Positions 27,760-38,198 of a stretch of 64,000 nucleotides of DNA are shown here, one piece after another; the first letter of the stretch is position 1, and each line of letters opens with the position of its first letter. The notes under the pieces are model-generated. The model searched no databases and was not told the DNA's origin. It saw only the letters and a program-made list of their open reading frames with translations. The translations under genes and the position numbers were made by a program. Source of the DNA: Phycisphaerae bacterium (GTDB lineage: Bacteria; Planctomycetota; Phycisphaerae; UBA1845; Fen-1342); assembly GCA_050115495.1 (NCBI GenBank), contig JASFQK010000017.1, positions 32,001 to 96,000 of the forward strand, given 5' to 3'.

Positions 27760-29646
27760 GTGCTTCACAACATGGAAACGGCAGAAATCTTGTCTACTCT
27801 GCGTCGGCCGGTGACAGCGCCGGCGGCGGAACCGGCGGGCAGCGTGTCCGCCACACCGCCGCAGACCTCGGAGCGAACCGGCTGCGCTGATTTCGACGGC
27901 CTGTCGTGGACGTACCGCAACGGGTTCGACCGCGTCCTGGCGGGCGTGCCGCGCAGCGCGTGGCAACAGCCCGAGCGTCAGGGCTGGCAGCGTATCAAGC
28001 ACAACGCCCGCCGGGAGGTTTGGCGGGCGGTGATCGACGGCACCAGCTTCTACCTGAAATACTACCGGCACGACTGGCTATCCTCGCTGCGCGGTCTGTG
28101 GCAGGCCTCCGCCTGTCATGCCGAATGGCAAGGTGGAATGTACGCCCTGCGGGCCGGCCTCGCCGCGGTGCGTCCGGCGGGGTTCACCACCGGTCTGCGG
28201 CGTGGCAAGAGCACGTTCTCCCTGCTGGTCACCGAGGCGGTCGAGCCCGTCTACCCGCTGAACGAATTCTTCGCCCAGGTGCACGCGGACCGCGACCACC
28301 GCCGTCGCCGACACGACATCGCCCAATTGGCCGAGCTGATCGGCGAGACGATCGCCCGCGCGCACCAGGCCGGCTTCGAGCACCTGGACATGCACGCGGC
28401 CAATATCCTCGTGCAGCCGGTCGCCCCCGGGCGGTACCGTACGCTGTTCGTGGACCTGCAAAGCGCCCGACTGGGCGTTCCGCTCGGCGACCGAGCCGTC
28501 GTCCGCAACCTGGCGCAGCTCAACCAGTGGTTCCGCCGGCACAGCAACGTGACCGATCGCTTGCGTTTCCTGCGGGCCTACGTCCGCTGGCGAAACGAGT
28601 ACGAGGTGGCTTTCCCGCTCGGCCGCCCGCTAAGACTGACCTTCCGCGAACTGGTGCGAGCCCTCGCGCAGGCCGCGCACGTTCACGCCCGGCGGCTGTG
28701 GGCGCGGCGTGACCGCCGAGCCTGCCGGGACGGGCGTTACTTCACCCGGCTGCGTCTGCGGGGTGGCTGGCGCGGCGTAGCCGTCGTGCAGGCCAAGCAT
28801 CGCAAGGATGAATCGCGGGCTTCGCAGATGGTCATCGACCGGGCCTGGTGGACCACGCAGCTCGCCCGGCCGCTGCGCTGGTTCGACGAGGACGTCGGCG
28901 AATCGTGCAAGGACTCACACTCGGCGGACGTCCGCCGCGCCGTGCTGGTGCACCCCAGCGGCAACCTACCCGTGATCATCAAGCGTCCGCGATCACGCAA
29001 CGCGCGCCGCTGGCTGAGCCAGCACCTGACCCGCTCGCGCAGCCTGCGCGGCTGGTGCCGCGGACACGCCCTGCTGAACCGCGACGTACCCGCCGCCCGT
29101 CCGCTGGCCGTGCTCGAACGCCGGCTCGGACCGCTCGTCCTGGACAGCCTGCTGATCACCGAGGCCGTGCCCGGCGGCGTCGATCTCGAAAACCATCTGC
29201 GCCGCGAGCACGAGCGGTGCGGGCCGCTCGAATGGTTCCGCCACAAGCAGGCCCTCGGCCGGCTGCTGTGCCGGCACCTGCGGCTGCTCGAGCAGAAGGG
29301 TTTCACGCACCGCGACTGCAAGGCCAGCAACTTCCTGGTGCTCAGCGAGCCGGCCCTGAAGTTGCTCTGCATCGACATGGACGGCGTGCGTGTGCTGAAG
29401 CGAGCCAGGCCGGCACCGCACCACGTATGCCGCTCGCTGGCCCGCCTGCACGTCAGCCTGCTGGACAACCCCGGGCTGACGCGGACGGACCGGGCGCGTT
29501 TTCTGCGCTGCTATTGCGCCCGCTGGGGCGTCGGGGCGCACGCCTGGCGCACGCTCTGGCGGCAGCTAGCCCCCCATGTGTTAAGAACCGAGGTTGCTTG
29601 CGCAGCGCATCGCCGCTGGAAGCGCGAGCACTACGGCCGGGAGTAA
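27760..29646 (+). CDS. tandem lipopolysaccharide kinase (Kdo/WaaP/InaA-like), two kinase domains
   Basis: YLKYY..HLDMHAANIL..VDLQ and IIKR..HRDCKASNFL..IDMDG. Confidence 0.8.
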   Translation: MLHNMETAEILSTLRRPVTAPAAEPAGSVSATPPQTSERTGCADFDGLSWTYRNGFDRVLAGVPRSAWQQPERQGWQRIKHNARREVWRAVIDGTSFYLKYYRHDWLSSLRGLWQASACHAEWQGGMYALRAGLAAVRPAGFTTGLRRGKSTFSLLVTEAVEPVYPLNEFFAQVHADRDHRRRRHDIAQLAELIGETIARAHQAGFEHLDMHAANILVQPVAPGRYRTLFVDLQSARLGVPLGDRAVVRNLAQLNQWFRRHSNVTDRLRFLRAYVRWRNEYEVAFPLGRPLRLTFRELVRALAQAAHVHARRLWARRDRRACRDGRYFTRLRLRGGWRGVAVVQAKHRKDESRASQMVIDRAWWTTQLARPLRWFDEDVGESCKDSHSADVRRAVLVHPSGNLPVIIKRPRSRNARRWLSQHLTRSRSLRGWCRGHALLNRDVPAARPLAVLERRLGPLVLDSLLITEAVPGGVDLENHLRREHERCGPLEWFRHKQALGRLLCRHLRLLEQKGFTHRDCKASNFLVLSEPALKLLCIDMDGVRVLKRARPAPHHVCRSLARLHVSLLDNPGLTRTDRARFLRCYCARWGVGAHAWRTLWRQLAPHVLRTEVACAAHRRWKREHYGRE

Positions 29647-29681
29647 TCCCGCCAACCATCCCCCCTGCCGATCTCCCCGCG

Positions 29682-30413
29682 TCAGGCGCTGACGGCGGTC
29701 TTGGCCTCGTCTCGAATCGCCGGCACGAGGATCTTCTCGCCCAGGCCGCGGCGCTTGGCGTACTCGTGCAGCTTGGGGACGTCGCGAATGACACTCAGGT
29801 CGTCGTGCGTGTCGGTGCCGATGGTGACGAACACGCGGTGGTTCGGCAGCAGGTTGAACCAGCGATCGTGCTCATCGAGCGGCAGGAACTTGGAGCTGAT
29901 CTCGTAAAACATCCGGGCGTTGGCCACCGTCCGCACGACCTGGTCCATGGAGGTCGTCGGGAACTGCTCGGCGACGACCGTGTGGGCCAGACCCACCGGG
30001 CAGGGCCAGCGCCGCGCCTGGTTGGCCAGCGTGGTCAGGCCGGCCCAGTCGGCGTACTCGAACAGGACGTAGTCGATGCCGGTGAGCATCTCGCGGATGC
30101 AGCCGAGCATCGTCTTGTTCATGGGCCAGTTGATCTCTGCCCCGCACAGGATACGCACTTTGCCCGCCCAGCGCTGGCGTGCCTCACGCACCTGCTCGAC
30201 GTACGCCCGCGTCTCCTTGCTGAACAGCCGTTCGAACTCGCGGTCGTTGGTCACCTCGCGTGACGACGGCGTGCCGAACAAGTGGTCCGAAATGCCGATG
30301 CCGGCCGTTTCGAACTCCTTGCAATCCAGGTGGGCCTCGACGATCTCGTCGATCGTGTAGGCGCCATCCGAGAACGGCGTGTGGTTGTGCAGGTTGTACA
30401 AGCCCTGACTCAT
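29682..30413 (-). CDS. PHP-domain phosphoesterase
   Basis: LHNHTPFSDG, ISDH, GAEI, GTDTH. Confidence 0.85.
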   Translation of the reverse strand: MSQGLYNLHNHTPFSDGAYTIDEIVEAHLDCKEFETAGIGISDHLFGTPSSREVTNDREFERLFSKETRAYVEQVREARQRWAGKVRILCGAEINWPMNKTMLGCIREMLTGIDYVLFEYADWAGLTTLANQARRWPCPVGLAHTVVAEQFPTTSMDQVVRTVANARMFYEISSKFLPLDEHDRWFNLLPNHRVFVTIGTDTHDDLSVIRDVPKLHEYAKRRGLGEKILVPAIRDEAKTAVSA

Positions 30414-31105
30414 GAAATCTCCCTGGCTTCTAGCCCAATCACGATCCAGACGGCGCCGCTCTTCCGCTGCGTTGTTCGCTCAGCGCTTCTGCCGCGGTAA
30501 CGGCGACCCCCCAGGGAACCCCTTCCACTCAGCAATGCCGAACCAACCGGCCCGAATACGACACCAGCAGACCACGCCAACGCCACCCCACGGGCGGCGC
30601 TATCCACCGAGCCCACTGAAAACGAAACCCGTCCTACCGTAGATTCGCGAACGCCGGGCAAACCCCAGGACCCACGCCTGCGTTCACGACTCCAATATAG
30701 CACCATCTCCCGGCCCCGTCCACCCCGGACGTAGCAGTACGTTCCTTCGGCCCGAATCCTTCCCTGTCACTCCGCCCGGTTCCCTCGGGGCTCGGCCACC
30801 AAGTGGGCTCGGCAGTCGAGCTCCCCTCACTTCATCGGCCCAGCACGCCCCGAGCCCTTACCAGATTCTATGCCGCCTGCCGGCCCGGCTCCCCTCGGTT
30901 CCAGCCTCCGGCGGCGCAGCGCACGATGCGTCGGTGAACGATGGCGCGGCGGTCGAGTTGCGCGTGTCCCGGAGCGATCGACCCCATTTCGGCCCAACGT
31001 AGCCCTCTTCGCCACCCTTCCCTTTACCTTAGTATAACATCGTCACGCGGCGAAGCAATGGTGTTCCGCCCGCCATATACCCATTGCCGCCACCGCCCGG
31101 CCCGG

Positions 31106-32503
31106 TCAGCCGACCCCGACGCATTCGGCCACCGCATCCGCCTCTGTCGGCAACGCCTCGGACATCACCTCGGGGCCGCCGGTCTCCCGCACGCAGATCG
31201 TGTGCTCAACGCGAATGCCGCCGAACCGGTCGCGCAGTAGCGCGTCCACCTTCGGACGATTGACGACGTCCGCCAGCGGCTGCACCAGCTCGGCACTGGC
31301 CCAGATGGCCGGCACGAGATAGATGCCCGGCTCGACCGTCAGCGTCATCTGCGGGGCGAGGTCGCGGTCCAGCCGTACGTACTTGTTGCCGAACTCCGGA
31401 CGGCGCGTCCGCCCCGGCGGATAGCCGGCGATGTCCCCGAAGTCCTCCATGTCGTGCCCGTCCAGGCCGATCAGATGGCCCAGCCCGTGCGGGAAGAACA
31501 GAGCGTGCGCGGTGCGGGCGGCCAGTTCGGCGGGATCGCCGCGGAGCAATTCCGCCTCAACCAGTCCGGCACAGATGACTTGCGCCGCCAGATCGTGCAC
31601 GTCACGGAACCGTCGGCCGGGCACGCACGCCGCCGTCGCCTGGTTCAGCGCGGCCAGCGTCGTGCCGTACAGGTGCCGCTGGATCGACGTCCAGCAGCCG
31701 TTGACCGGGAACGTCCGCGTGATGTCGCTCGAGTAGCCGCCGGGCTCCTCGCCGCCGGCGTCGGTCAGCAGCAGCGCACCGTCGGTCATCACGTTGCCGT
31801 GACCGTGGCCGTGCAGCACCTCGCCGCGAATCGTGATGATTGGGTTAAAAGCGACCTCGCACTGCTGCGCGGCCAGCACGGCGACGTACGCCGCCACGAC
31901 GTCCGCCTCGCGCCGTCCGGGACGCGTCGCCGCCATGGCCGCCCGGTGTGCCGCCATCGACACCTCGGTGGCCCGGCGCATGGCCGTCAATTCGTGCTCG
32001 TCCTTCAGCAGGCGCAGGTCGACGACCTGGCGCAGCTCGTCGGCACTGGCCGGCTTGAGCCCCAGACGGGCGACCCACGCCAGCGTGTCCACGTGCGGCG
32101 GGGCGATGTACGCCGCCTCACGTCCGGCGAGCAGCGCCGGCAACCGGTCGGGATCGGCCAGACTGGCCGGCGGCAAGCCGCACGCTGCTGCCAGCGCCTC
32201 ATCCGCCGGCGGCACGCCGATCCACAGGGCATCGTCCGGACCCACCGGCGGCCGGACGAGCGTGCAGCCCGTCTGCCCGTCGCTGCCGGGCTCGATCAGC
32301 AGGGCCGCGTTCTCCAGCGGCGGCCCGCCGAAGTACAGGTACGAACTGCCGGCGCGGAAGTGGTGCGTGTTGGCGGCGTAGTTGCGCGCCGGGGCATGCC
32401 CCGCGAACGCCACGAGCGGCCGCTGCAAGCCGGCGGCGAGTCGCCCGCGTCGCTGCTGGTACACGTTCGCCGGTGCCGTCATCGGAATGCTCTCGCGCGT
32501 CAT
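31106..32503 (-). CDS. pepP: Xaa-Pro aminopeptidase (M24B)
   Basis: LH, DAGGE..YSSDITRTFP, HGLGHLIGLDGHD, TVEPGIY, GIRVE. Confidence 0.88.
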   Translation of the reverse strand: MTRESIPMTAPANVYQQRRGRLAAGLQRPLVAFAGHAPARNYAANTHHFRAGSSYLYFGGPPLENAALLIEPGSDGQTGCTLVRPPVGPDDALWIGVPPADEALAAACGLPPASLADPDRLPALLAGREAAYIAPPHVDTLAWVARLGLKPASADELRQVVDLRLLKDEHELTAMRRATEVSMAAHRAAMAATRPGRREADVVAAYVAVLAAQQCEVAFNPIITIRGEVLHGHGHGNVMTDGALLLTDAGGEEPGGYSSDITRTFPVNGCWTSIQRHLYGTTLAALNQATAACVPGRRFRDVHDLAAQVICAGLVEAELLRGDPAELAARTAHALFFPHGLGHLIGLDGHDMEDFGDIAGYPPGRTRRPEFGNKYVRLDRDLAPQMTLTVEPGIYLVPAIWASAELVQPLADVVNRPKVDALLRDRFGGIRVEHTICVRETGGPEVMSEALPTEADAVAECVGVG

Positions 32504-32579
32504 GTGTGATACCTCGCGTCGGCCCGTCCCCGACGCGTCTTGTATGCCACCACCCGCGGAGATGCAAGCCGCCGCAACG

Positions 32580-35333
32580 CTAGTCGTCGATTAACAGGTG
32601 GATGAAGGCGCCGATGTCGAAGTTGTCGAGGGCTCCGTCGTTGTTGGCATCGCCGGACATGATGTCGCATTCCGGAAACGCCGCGTGGTACGCCGCCGGC
32701 ATCCTCAGAGCCAGCACGAACGGCGAGATGTCAAAGTTGTTCACTACCCCGTCACCGTTCATGTCGCCGGGACACGGGCCCGGCGGCATGACGGTGCCCG
32801 CCTCGAACTCGTACGCCCCGCGATCCACCAGCGGCGGCGGACCGTTGCCCGTGTTCGGCGATGCCGGATCGTCGTGGTAACGGACCCGCCCATCCAGATC
32901 CAGCGGTGCCGGGTCGGTGTAGCACATGTCTTCGTCGAGATCGCACGGGTCGCGTGCCGGATAGGTATTGTCGCCCGAATCGATGCATGGCGAGCCAGCC
33001 GTCAGACGGTAGTCGTACACTCGGTAGCTCATGCCGATGGCGATCCAACTCGCCACACTGTCGACCGTCTGCCAGTCAGCGTGGATGACCATGGTCGTCG
33101 CGCCGTTGGCCACGATGAGGAAGTGGCCAACGCGGGTTGTGTCCGGTCGCACGGTGCGGCCAACGAGCGCGCCCGGTGTCCACGCCGCCGCGTTGTCGGT
33201 CAGCACAACGGTTCTGGTCTCGGGGTTGTACGCGCCGTTCGCGGTCCACGTGCCGCCGGAACCGGTGGCGAACTGTGGGTCGGCGGCGAGGTTCGTCGGG
33301 CCGGGCCAGCCGCCCCGCACCATGCAGTAACGGACGACCGGCGCGGAGAGTACGAAGTTGAACTCGCCCGGAACGTTGTCCCAGAAGACGTTGTCCTTGA
33401 TCATGGGTTCGCTGTTCAGGCAGTGCAGACCGCCGCCGACCGGGGCGGAGTTGCCGCTCAACGTGCAATCGGCCAGCAGCGGTAGACTCGCTTGGCAGCA
33501 GGCGATGCCGCCTCCGGCTCCGGTCGCCGCCGAGTTGCCGACCAGCAAGCAATTAGCCATGCTCCCCCTGGCCTCGACCCAATTCGCCCCTCCACCATCG
33601 TCGTCGGCCGTATTACCGGTGAAGTGGCAGTTGGCCACGTGCGCGACGGTGTCGTCCGAAGCACTCAGCCCACCGCCGGACATGCCGGCTTCGTTGCCGC
33701 TGAACATGCTGCACGCCAGGCAGGCCCTGGACTCGTGGAAAACGTAAACGCCGCCGCCGGAGCAGTCTGCACGATTGCCCGTCCAGGTGCAGCCCGCAAA
33801 CTTCAATTCGCTGTGTTCACCGTAGGTGCCCCCGCCGTTCCCAGCAGTGCTGTTGCCGGCGAACGTGCAGAGTCTGGCGGTGATCCTGCTCCCACGGGCC
33901 ATCAACCCACCGCCGACAGGGCTTACGTTGTCGAGGAACGTGCATTGGTCGAGTTCGGCCCGGTCACTGGTGTAGTAAGCGCCCCCGCCGCACTCGGCAG
34001 CAGCGCTCGACTGAATCGTGCAGGTGGTCATGGTAATGCCCAACCCCTCGCCGGAAACGCTGCCACCGCGGAGGGCGTGGTTGCCGCTGAACGTGCAGTC
34101 GATGGCCTCCAGGCCGGAGGCGTTCCCGTCGTGGCACAGGGCTCCACCGTATTCGTACGCCACGTTACCGGTGAAATCGCAGCCGTCTACCACGATTCGG
34201 CTGTACAGACCGTTATACAGCCCACCGCCGCCATGCTGAGCGGTTTCGTTGTAGTAGAAGAAACAACCGTCTACCGTCACGCCGTTGGCGCTGAGGATGG
34301 ACAGCCCGCCGCCCTGCTGTTCGGCGTCGTTGTAGTCAAAAACGCAGTCGGTCACCCATCCCGCGGTCGTTTCCCGGAGCGACATGCCACCCCCGACGCT
34401 TCCGGCGTAGTTGCCGGTGAAGCTGCTTTCGGAAACGTTCGGCTCTGCGTTCCCGTGCGTGTTCACGCCACCGCCCTCGTCGGTGGTGTGATTGTCGATG
34501 AACGCGCAATCGTTGATCACGATCGGCCCACCAGTTGCGTCCACCGCTCCGCCGTTGAAAGCATCGTTGCCATCGAACACGCTGCCCTGCAGCGTGACGG
34601 AGCTGGTGCTCGATGACTGGAGGGCGCCGCCGCCGTACTCCGCCGAGTTGCCCAGGAACTGGCAGTCACTGACCGATGAGGTGCTGGCGCCGTGCAGTTC
34701 CAGGCCGCCGCCCCGCAGGGCGGCGTTCGCCACGAACGTGCAGCCGTGCAGATTGGCACAGCCGTCGCCGATCTGCATGCCGCCGCCGGCGTCGAAGGGC
34801 ATGACGGAACCGTCGGCGTTTCCGCCGGTCACCGTCACGCCGTCCAGCACCGTCAGGTTGTCCACGTTGTGTACGAAGAGCACGTGGTAGCTGTTCTCTC
34901 CGTTGTTCACGAAGTCGGGCTGGTCGTCGCCCGCCAGGTCGCCGCTCAGCGTGGTGACGAAGGTGGCGACGTCGCGGTCGTCAGCAGGCAGGCCGCTGCC
35001 GTCATAGGCCCCGCGATACCCGCCATAGACGACCACGCCATCCCTGAGAACAAACGGGGCCGTGCGATCACCGGCGGTGACCTGACCGGCCTCGTCCTGG
35101 TCCGGCCGGTACATGCCCTGAGCGACGCGCACCTCGTCAACGCCGGTCGCGTCGGCGAGGGCGTCCTGCAAGTAGCGATGAGCCGTCGCCCATGACTCGC
35201 CGTTCCCGCCGAGCGGTGCGTCGTCATCTACGTAGATGACGGCGGCACCGAGCGGCGGCACCGCGAGAACGACGAAGATACAGAGTATCAAGACAAGACC
35301 CGTCCGCGTGCGCATGATGTGTGCTAATGACAT
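32580..35333 (-). CDS. secreted right-handed beta-helix (Pmp-like GGA/FxxN repeats) protein with C-terminal dockerin-like domain
   Basis: Signal peptide, IYVDDDA..GESWATA, many FxGNxA..GGG repeats, SPCIDSG, DRGAYE, GDMNGDG..NFDI twice; GGAGG RBS. Confidence 0.8.
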   Translation of the reverse strand: MSLAHIMRTRTGLVLILCIFVVLAVPPLGAAVIYVDDDAPLGGNGESWATAHRYLQDALADATGVDEVRVAQGMYRPDQDEAGQVTAGDRTAPFVLRDGVVVYGGYRGAYDGSGLPADDRDVATFVTTLSGDLAGDDQPDFVNNGENSYHVLFVHNVDNLTVLDGVTVTGGNADGSVMPFDAGGGMQIGDGCANLHGCTFVANAALRGGGLELHGASTSSVSDCQFLGNSAEYGGGALQSSSTSSVTLQGSVFDGNDAFNGGAVDATGGPIVINDCAFIDNHTTDEGGGVNTHGNAEPNVSESSFTGNYAGSVGGGMSLRETTAGWVTDCVFDYNDAEQQGGGLSILSANGVTVDGCFFYYNETAQHGGGGLYNGLYSRIVVDGCDFTGNVAYEYGGALCHDGNASGLEAIDCTFSGNHALRGGSVSGEGLGITMTTCTIQSSAAAECGGGAYYTSDRAELDQCTFLDNVSPVGGGLMARGSRITARLCTFAGNSTAGNGGGTYGEHSELKFAGCTWTGNRADCSGGGVYVFHESRACLACSMFSGNEAGMSGGGLSASDDTVAHVANCHFTGNTADDDGGGANWVEARGSMANCLLVGNSAATGAGGGIACCQASLPLLADCTLSGNSAPVGGGLHCLNSEPMIKDNVFWDNVPGEFNFVLSAPVVRYCMVRGGWPGPTNLAADPQFATGSGGTWTANGAYNPETRTVVLTDNAAAWTPGALVGRTVRPDTTRVGHFLIVANGATTMVIHADWQTVDSVASWIAIGMSYRVYDYRLTAGSPCIDSGDNTYPARDPCDLDEDMCYTDPAPLDLDGRVRYHDDPASPNTGNGPPPLVDRGAYEFEAGTVMPPGPCPGDMNGDGVVNNFDISPFVLALRMPAAYHAAFPECDIMSGDANNDGALDNFDIGAFIHLLIDD

Positions 35334-35555
35334 GTCCGCCTCCCGGGTGAGTGTCTGCGCGGGGCGCCGTGCCGCCCCTGGCACGGTCAGCGCCACCGGT
35401 CGCGATCCTCTTCCGACCTTCTACTAACCCGCGCGATACTCAGCCGGGCACGGCTGACTCCCCGCACCGCGCCGGTACAGAACTGCTAAATCATCATATC
35501 AACCTTGTCGGACGGACACAAGACAAACGCACGCGGTGAGGGCAGTAGTTGGCTG

Positions 35556-37991
35556 CTACGGCGTCGTCAGCAACTGCACGAACGGGCTGATGTCGAAGTT
35601 GTCCACGCTGCCGTCGCCGTTGATGTCGGCGTTACTGATGTTGCATTGCGGGTACTGCGCCGCGTACGCCGTCGGATTCGTCAGCGCCAGGATGAACGGG
35701 GCGATGTCGAAGTTGTCCACCGTCCCGTCGCAGTTGAGATCGCCAACCGTCGAATCCACGCACTCCAGTGCTTCGAGCCGAATGTCGTCGATGTTCCAGC
35801 CGCAGTACCGCCAGGACGTGTCCGTCGTGCCCATCGTCCAGCGCAGGTACAGCGTCGGCTGGTTGTCGGCGATGCCGGACAGGTTGAACGACATCTCCTC
35901 CCAGGCCCCGCCGTCGATCGTCGCCCCGTTCTGCCAGAGCGTCGTCCACGCCGAGCCGTTGGTGCTGACGCGGAAGTAGGCGTGGTCCCACTGCGGCTGC
36001 TCGACGCCCAGCCAGCGCCAGAAGCGCAGCGAGATGTTGGTCTTCCCGGTGCAGTCGATGGGCGTGCTGGTCAGGTGCCGCTCGGGCAGGTTGTTCTCGT
36101 AGTCACCGTTGAGGTTGTAGCCGTAGACGCTCGTCCCGGTGTAGCCATTGGCCGGGTCGGGCGCACCGTGGTCCCCACCGCCGCCGGTCGGGTGCCCGAA
36201 AGCCCACAGGCCCTGCGTCGTCCAGCCCGGATTGCTGTCGAGGAGTTGCTCGTAGAAGACGTTCAGCACGCCGACGCCGGCGGTGTACACATCGGCCGGC
36301 GCGGTCACCGGGCGGTGAATCACGCCGCTCTGCGTGCCCTCGGCGCTGAAGTAGAACTCCGGCGTCGCCGCACAGCTCGGCGGCGGCAACGTGGCCCGGT
36401 AGAGCTCCCCGCCCAGCGACTCGAAGGCTACCTCGTGATACGCCCCACCGTCATAGCGATAGTACAGCGTGCCGCTGCCCGGCACGTAGCTCTCCTCGCC
36501 GTCCATGATCTGTACGGTGATGTCCGTGGGCTCGCCCGGCGGCAGCAGGTCGGGCAAACCATCCGGGAAGCCGATCGTCATCGACGGCGTCAGGTACACG
36601 TAGTAGACGTCTTCCTCGCCGTTGAACGTCGCCGCGTAGGCCAGGTGCGCCCCGCCGAGATCCGAGGTCATGTCGAAGTAGTCGCCCATCTTCTGCTGCT
36701 GCGGCCAGCCGACATGCGGGTTGAAAGTGGGTGTAACGGCCACGTTCGGCGACCAGGTCTGGCCGCCGTCCGCCGAGTACGCGTAGTACAACGCCGAGTC
36801 ATAGCCGCCCGGGTCTTCCCGCGTATCCAACCAGGCCGCGTCGATGCGACCGTTCGGGGCGACGGACATCGTGCCGAACCACTGCCAGGCCCCGTTGTTC
36901 ACCGGGTCGTCGTTGACGCGCACCGGGGCGCTCCACGTACTCCCGCCGTCTGTGCTGCGGGCGAACATGATGTCCAGCGGGTCGGACGACGAGCTCCGCG
37001 AGACCGAGCACAACAGGTATACGTTCCCGCGCGTGACGCCCAGCGTGCGGTCCACCGCGATCCACGTCTGGCCCAGCAGGCCGGAGGGGTTCGGGCCGGC
37101 GGACATCTCCATGCTGCCGTCGAGGCTGACCGTCCGCGAGAAGTCCCACTGCGTCCCCACGCTCGGGTACTGCATGGTCGACGACTTGAGCACCGTGAAG
37201 CCGATGCCGCAGACGTACAGCTCGCCGTCGGGCCCGACCGCCAGCGTGCCCCAGTAGGGGTTGCCGGGCAGGTCCGTGCAGGCCCGAAACGTCCCAGCCC
37301 CGTCGTACGAGCGCGTGAAGTCACCGTTGCACGCGCTGTACGTCCGGTTCCAGCAGGCGTACAGGTTGCCGTCGCCGACGCCGCCGGTCGTGTCGATCAC
37401 CTGCCACTGCTTGTCGCCGCCGTAGGCGTATGTGCCCGTATCCCAGGTCTCGCCGCCGTCGAACGACCTGTAGACGTGGCACCAGAAATCGGTCTGGTAT
37501 TCGTTCGCCGTCAGGCTGTTGTAGTAGAACACGCCGTTGGAGTCGGCGTCGACCACCGGGTCCGAGCGGAACACGCCCGGCTCGATCACGCCGGGGAACG
37601 TCCACGTCTGGCCCCCGTCGTGCGAGTAGGCATAGCCGGCCTGCCGAAAGTCGCTGCTGATCGTGTCGAACTGCCGCCAGCCGACGACCATGCGGCTCGG
37701 ATTCGACGGATCCACGGCCAGCGACGGCTCGTTGGCCGCGTCGCCGATGATGTTGTTCCCCTGGGCGTTGACGTTGACCTGCACGCTGACAAAGCCGCTG
37801 CGGCTGACGCGGGCCGGCGGGTTCGTGGGCCGCCCCTCGCGGTCGATGTGGATGTAGGCGTCACGCGGGTATTCCAGATGCCCCACGTCGGTCCTCTGCG
37901 CCTCGCCCAGCTTGTCCGGAGCCTGTCCCCAAACCGGGCACGCCACGGCGATCATCAACACTGCCAGCCAACTCTGGACGCGCAAGCTCAT
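35556..37991 (-). CDS. secreted BNR/Asp-box (sialidase-like) protein with C-terminal dockerin-like domain
   Basis: Several SxDGGxTW Asp-boxes, ANEPSLAVDP, GDY, GWNIDD, GDLNCDG..NFDI / ADINGDG..NFDI. Confidence 0.82.
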   Translation of the reverse strand: MSLRVQSWLAVLMIAVACPVWGQAPDKLGEAQRTDVGHLEYPRDAYIHIDREGRPTNPPARVSRSGFVSVQVNVNAQGNNIIGDAANEPSLAVDPSNPSRMVVGWRQFDTISSDFRQAGYAYSHDGGQTWTFPGVIEPGVFRSDPVVDADSNGVFYYNSLTANEYQTDFWCHVYRSFDGGETWDTGTYAYGGDKQWQVIDTTGGVGDGNLYACWNRTYSACNGDFTRSYDGAGTFRACTDLPGNPYWGTLAVGPDGELYVCGIGFTVLKSSTMQYPSVGTQWDFSRTVSLDGSMEMSAGPNPSGLLGQTWIAVDRTLGVTRGNVYLLCSVSRSSSSDPLDIMFARSTDGGSTWSAPVRVNDDPVNNGAWQWFGTMSVAPNGRIDAAWLDTREDPGGYDSALYYAYSADGGQTWSPNVAVTPTFNPHVGWPQQQKMGDYFDMTSDLGGAHLAYAATFNGEEDVYYVYLTPSMTIGFPDGLPDLLPPGEPTDITVQIMDGEESYVPGSGTLYYRYDGGAYHEVAFESLGGELYRATLPPPSCAATPEFYFSAEGTQSGVIHRPVTAPADVYTAGVGVLNVFYEQLLDSNPGWTTQGLWAFGHPTGGGGDHGAPDPANGYTGTSVYGYNLNGDYENNLPERHLTSTPIDCTGKTNISLRFWRWLGVEQPQWDHAYFRVSTNGSAWTTLWQNGATIDGGAWEEMSFNLSGIADNQPTLYLRWTMGTTDTSWRYCGWNIDDIRLEALECVDSTVGDLNCDGTVDNFDIAPFILALTNPTAYAAQYPQCNISNADINGDGSVDNFDISPFVQLLTTP

Positions 37992-38198
37992 CTGTGACCT
38001 CCTTCGCGGCGTAGCTCGCCTTTGCCGGGCTCAAGAAATGCGCGGGCACATCAGCCAACATCGGCTCAGTCGGCCTTGTCCCGGATCGTGATCTCTGCAC
38101 GGAGCGCCGGCTCCCCCCGCCGCTCACAGCCCCCAGCGCACACCTGCGCCGGTCACTCTGTCTGTGAGACTAGCAAAACGCCACCCCCGAAACAACCA

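Noticed and set aside
31050..31105. fluoride-riboswitch-like GCAATGGTGTTCCGCC
   Set aside because: The 3' conserved elements are missing and no + strand gene lies downstream.
35505..37997. long antisense ORFs (830 aa here; also 46809-49757, 21585-23504, 60378-62420, 11361-13178)
   Set aside because: They are shadows of real genes caused by high GC3 and show no protein motifs.
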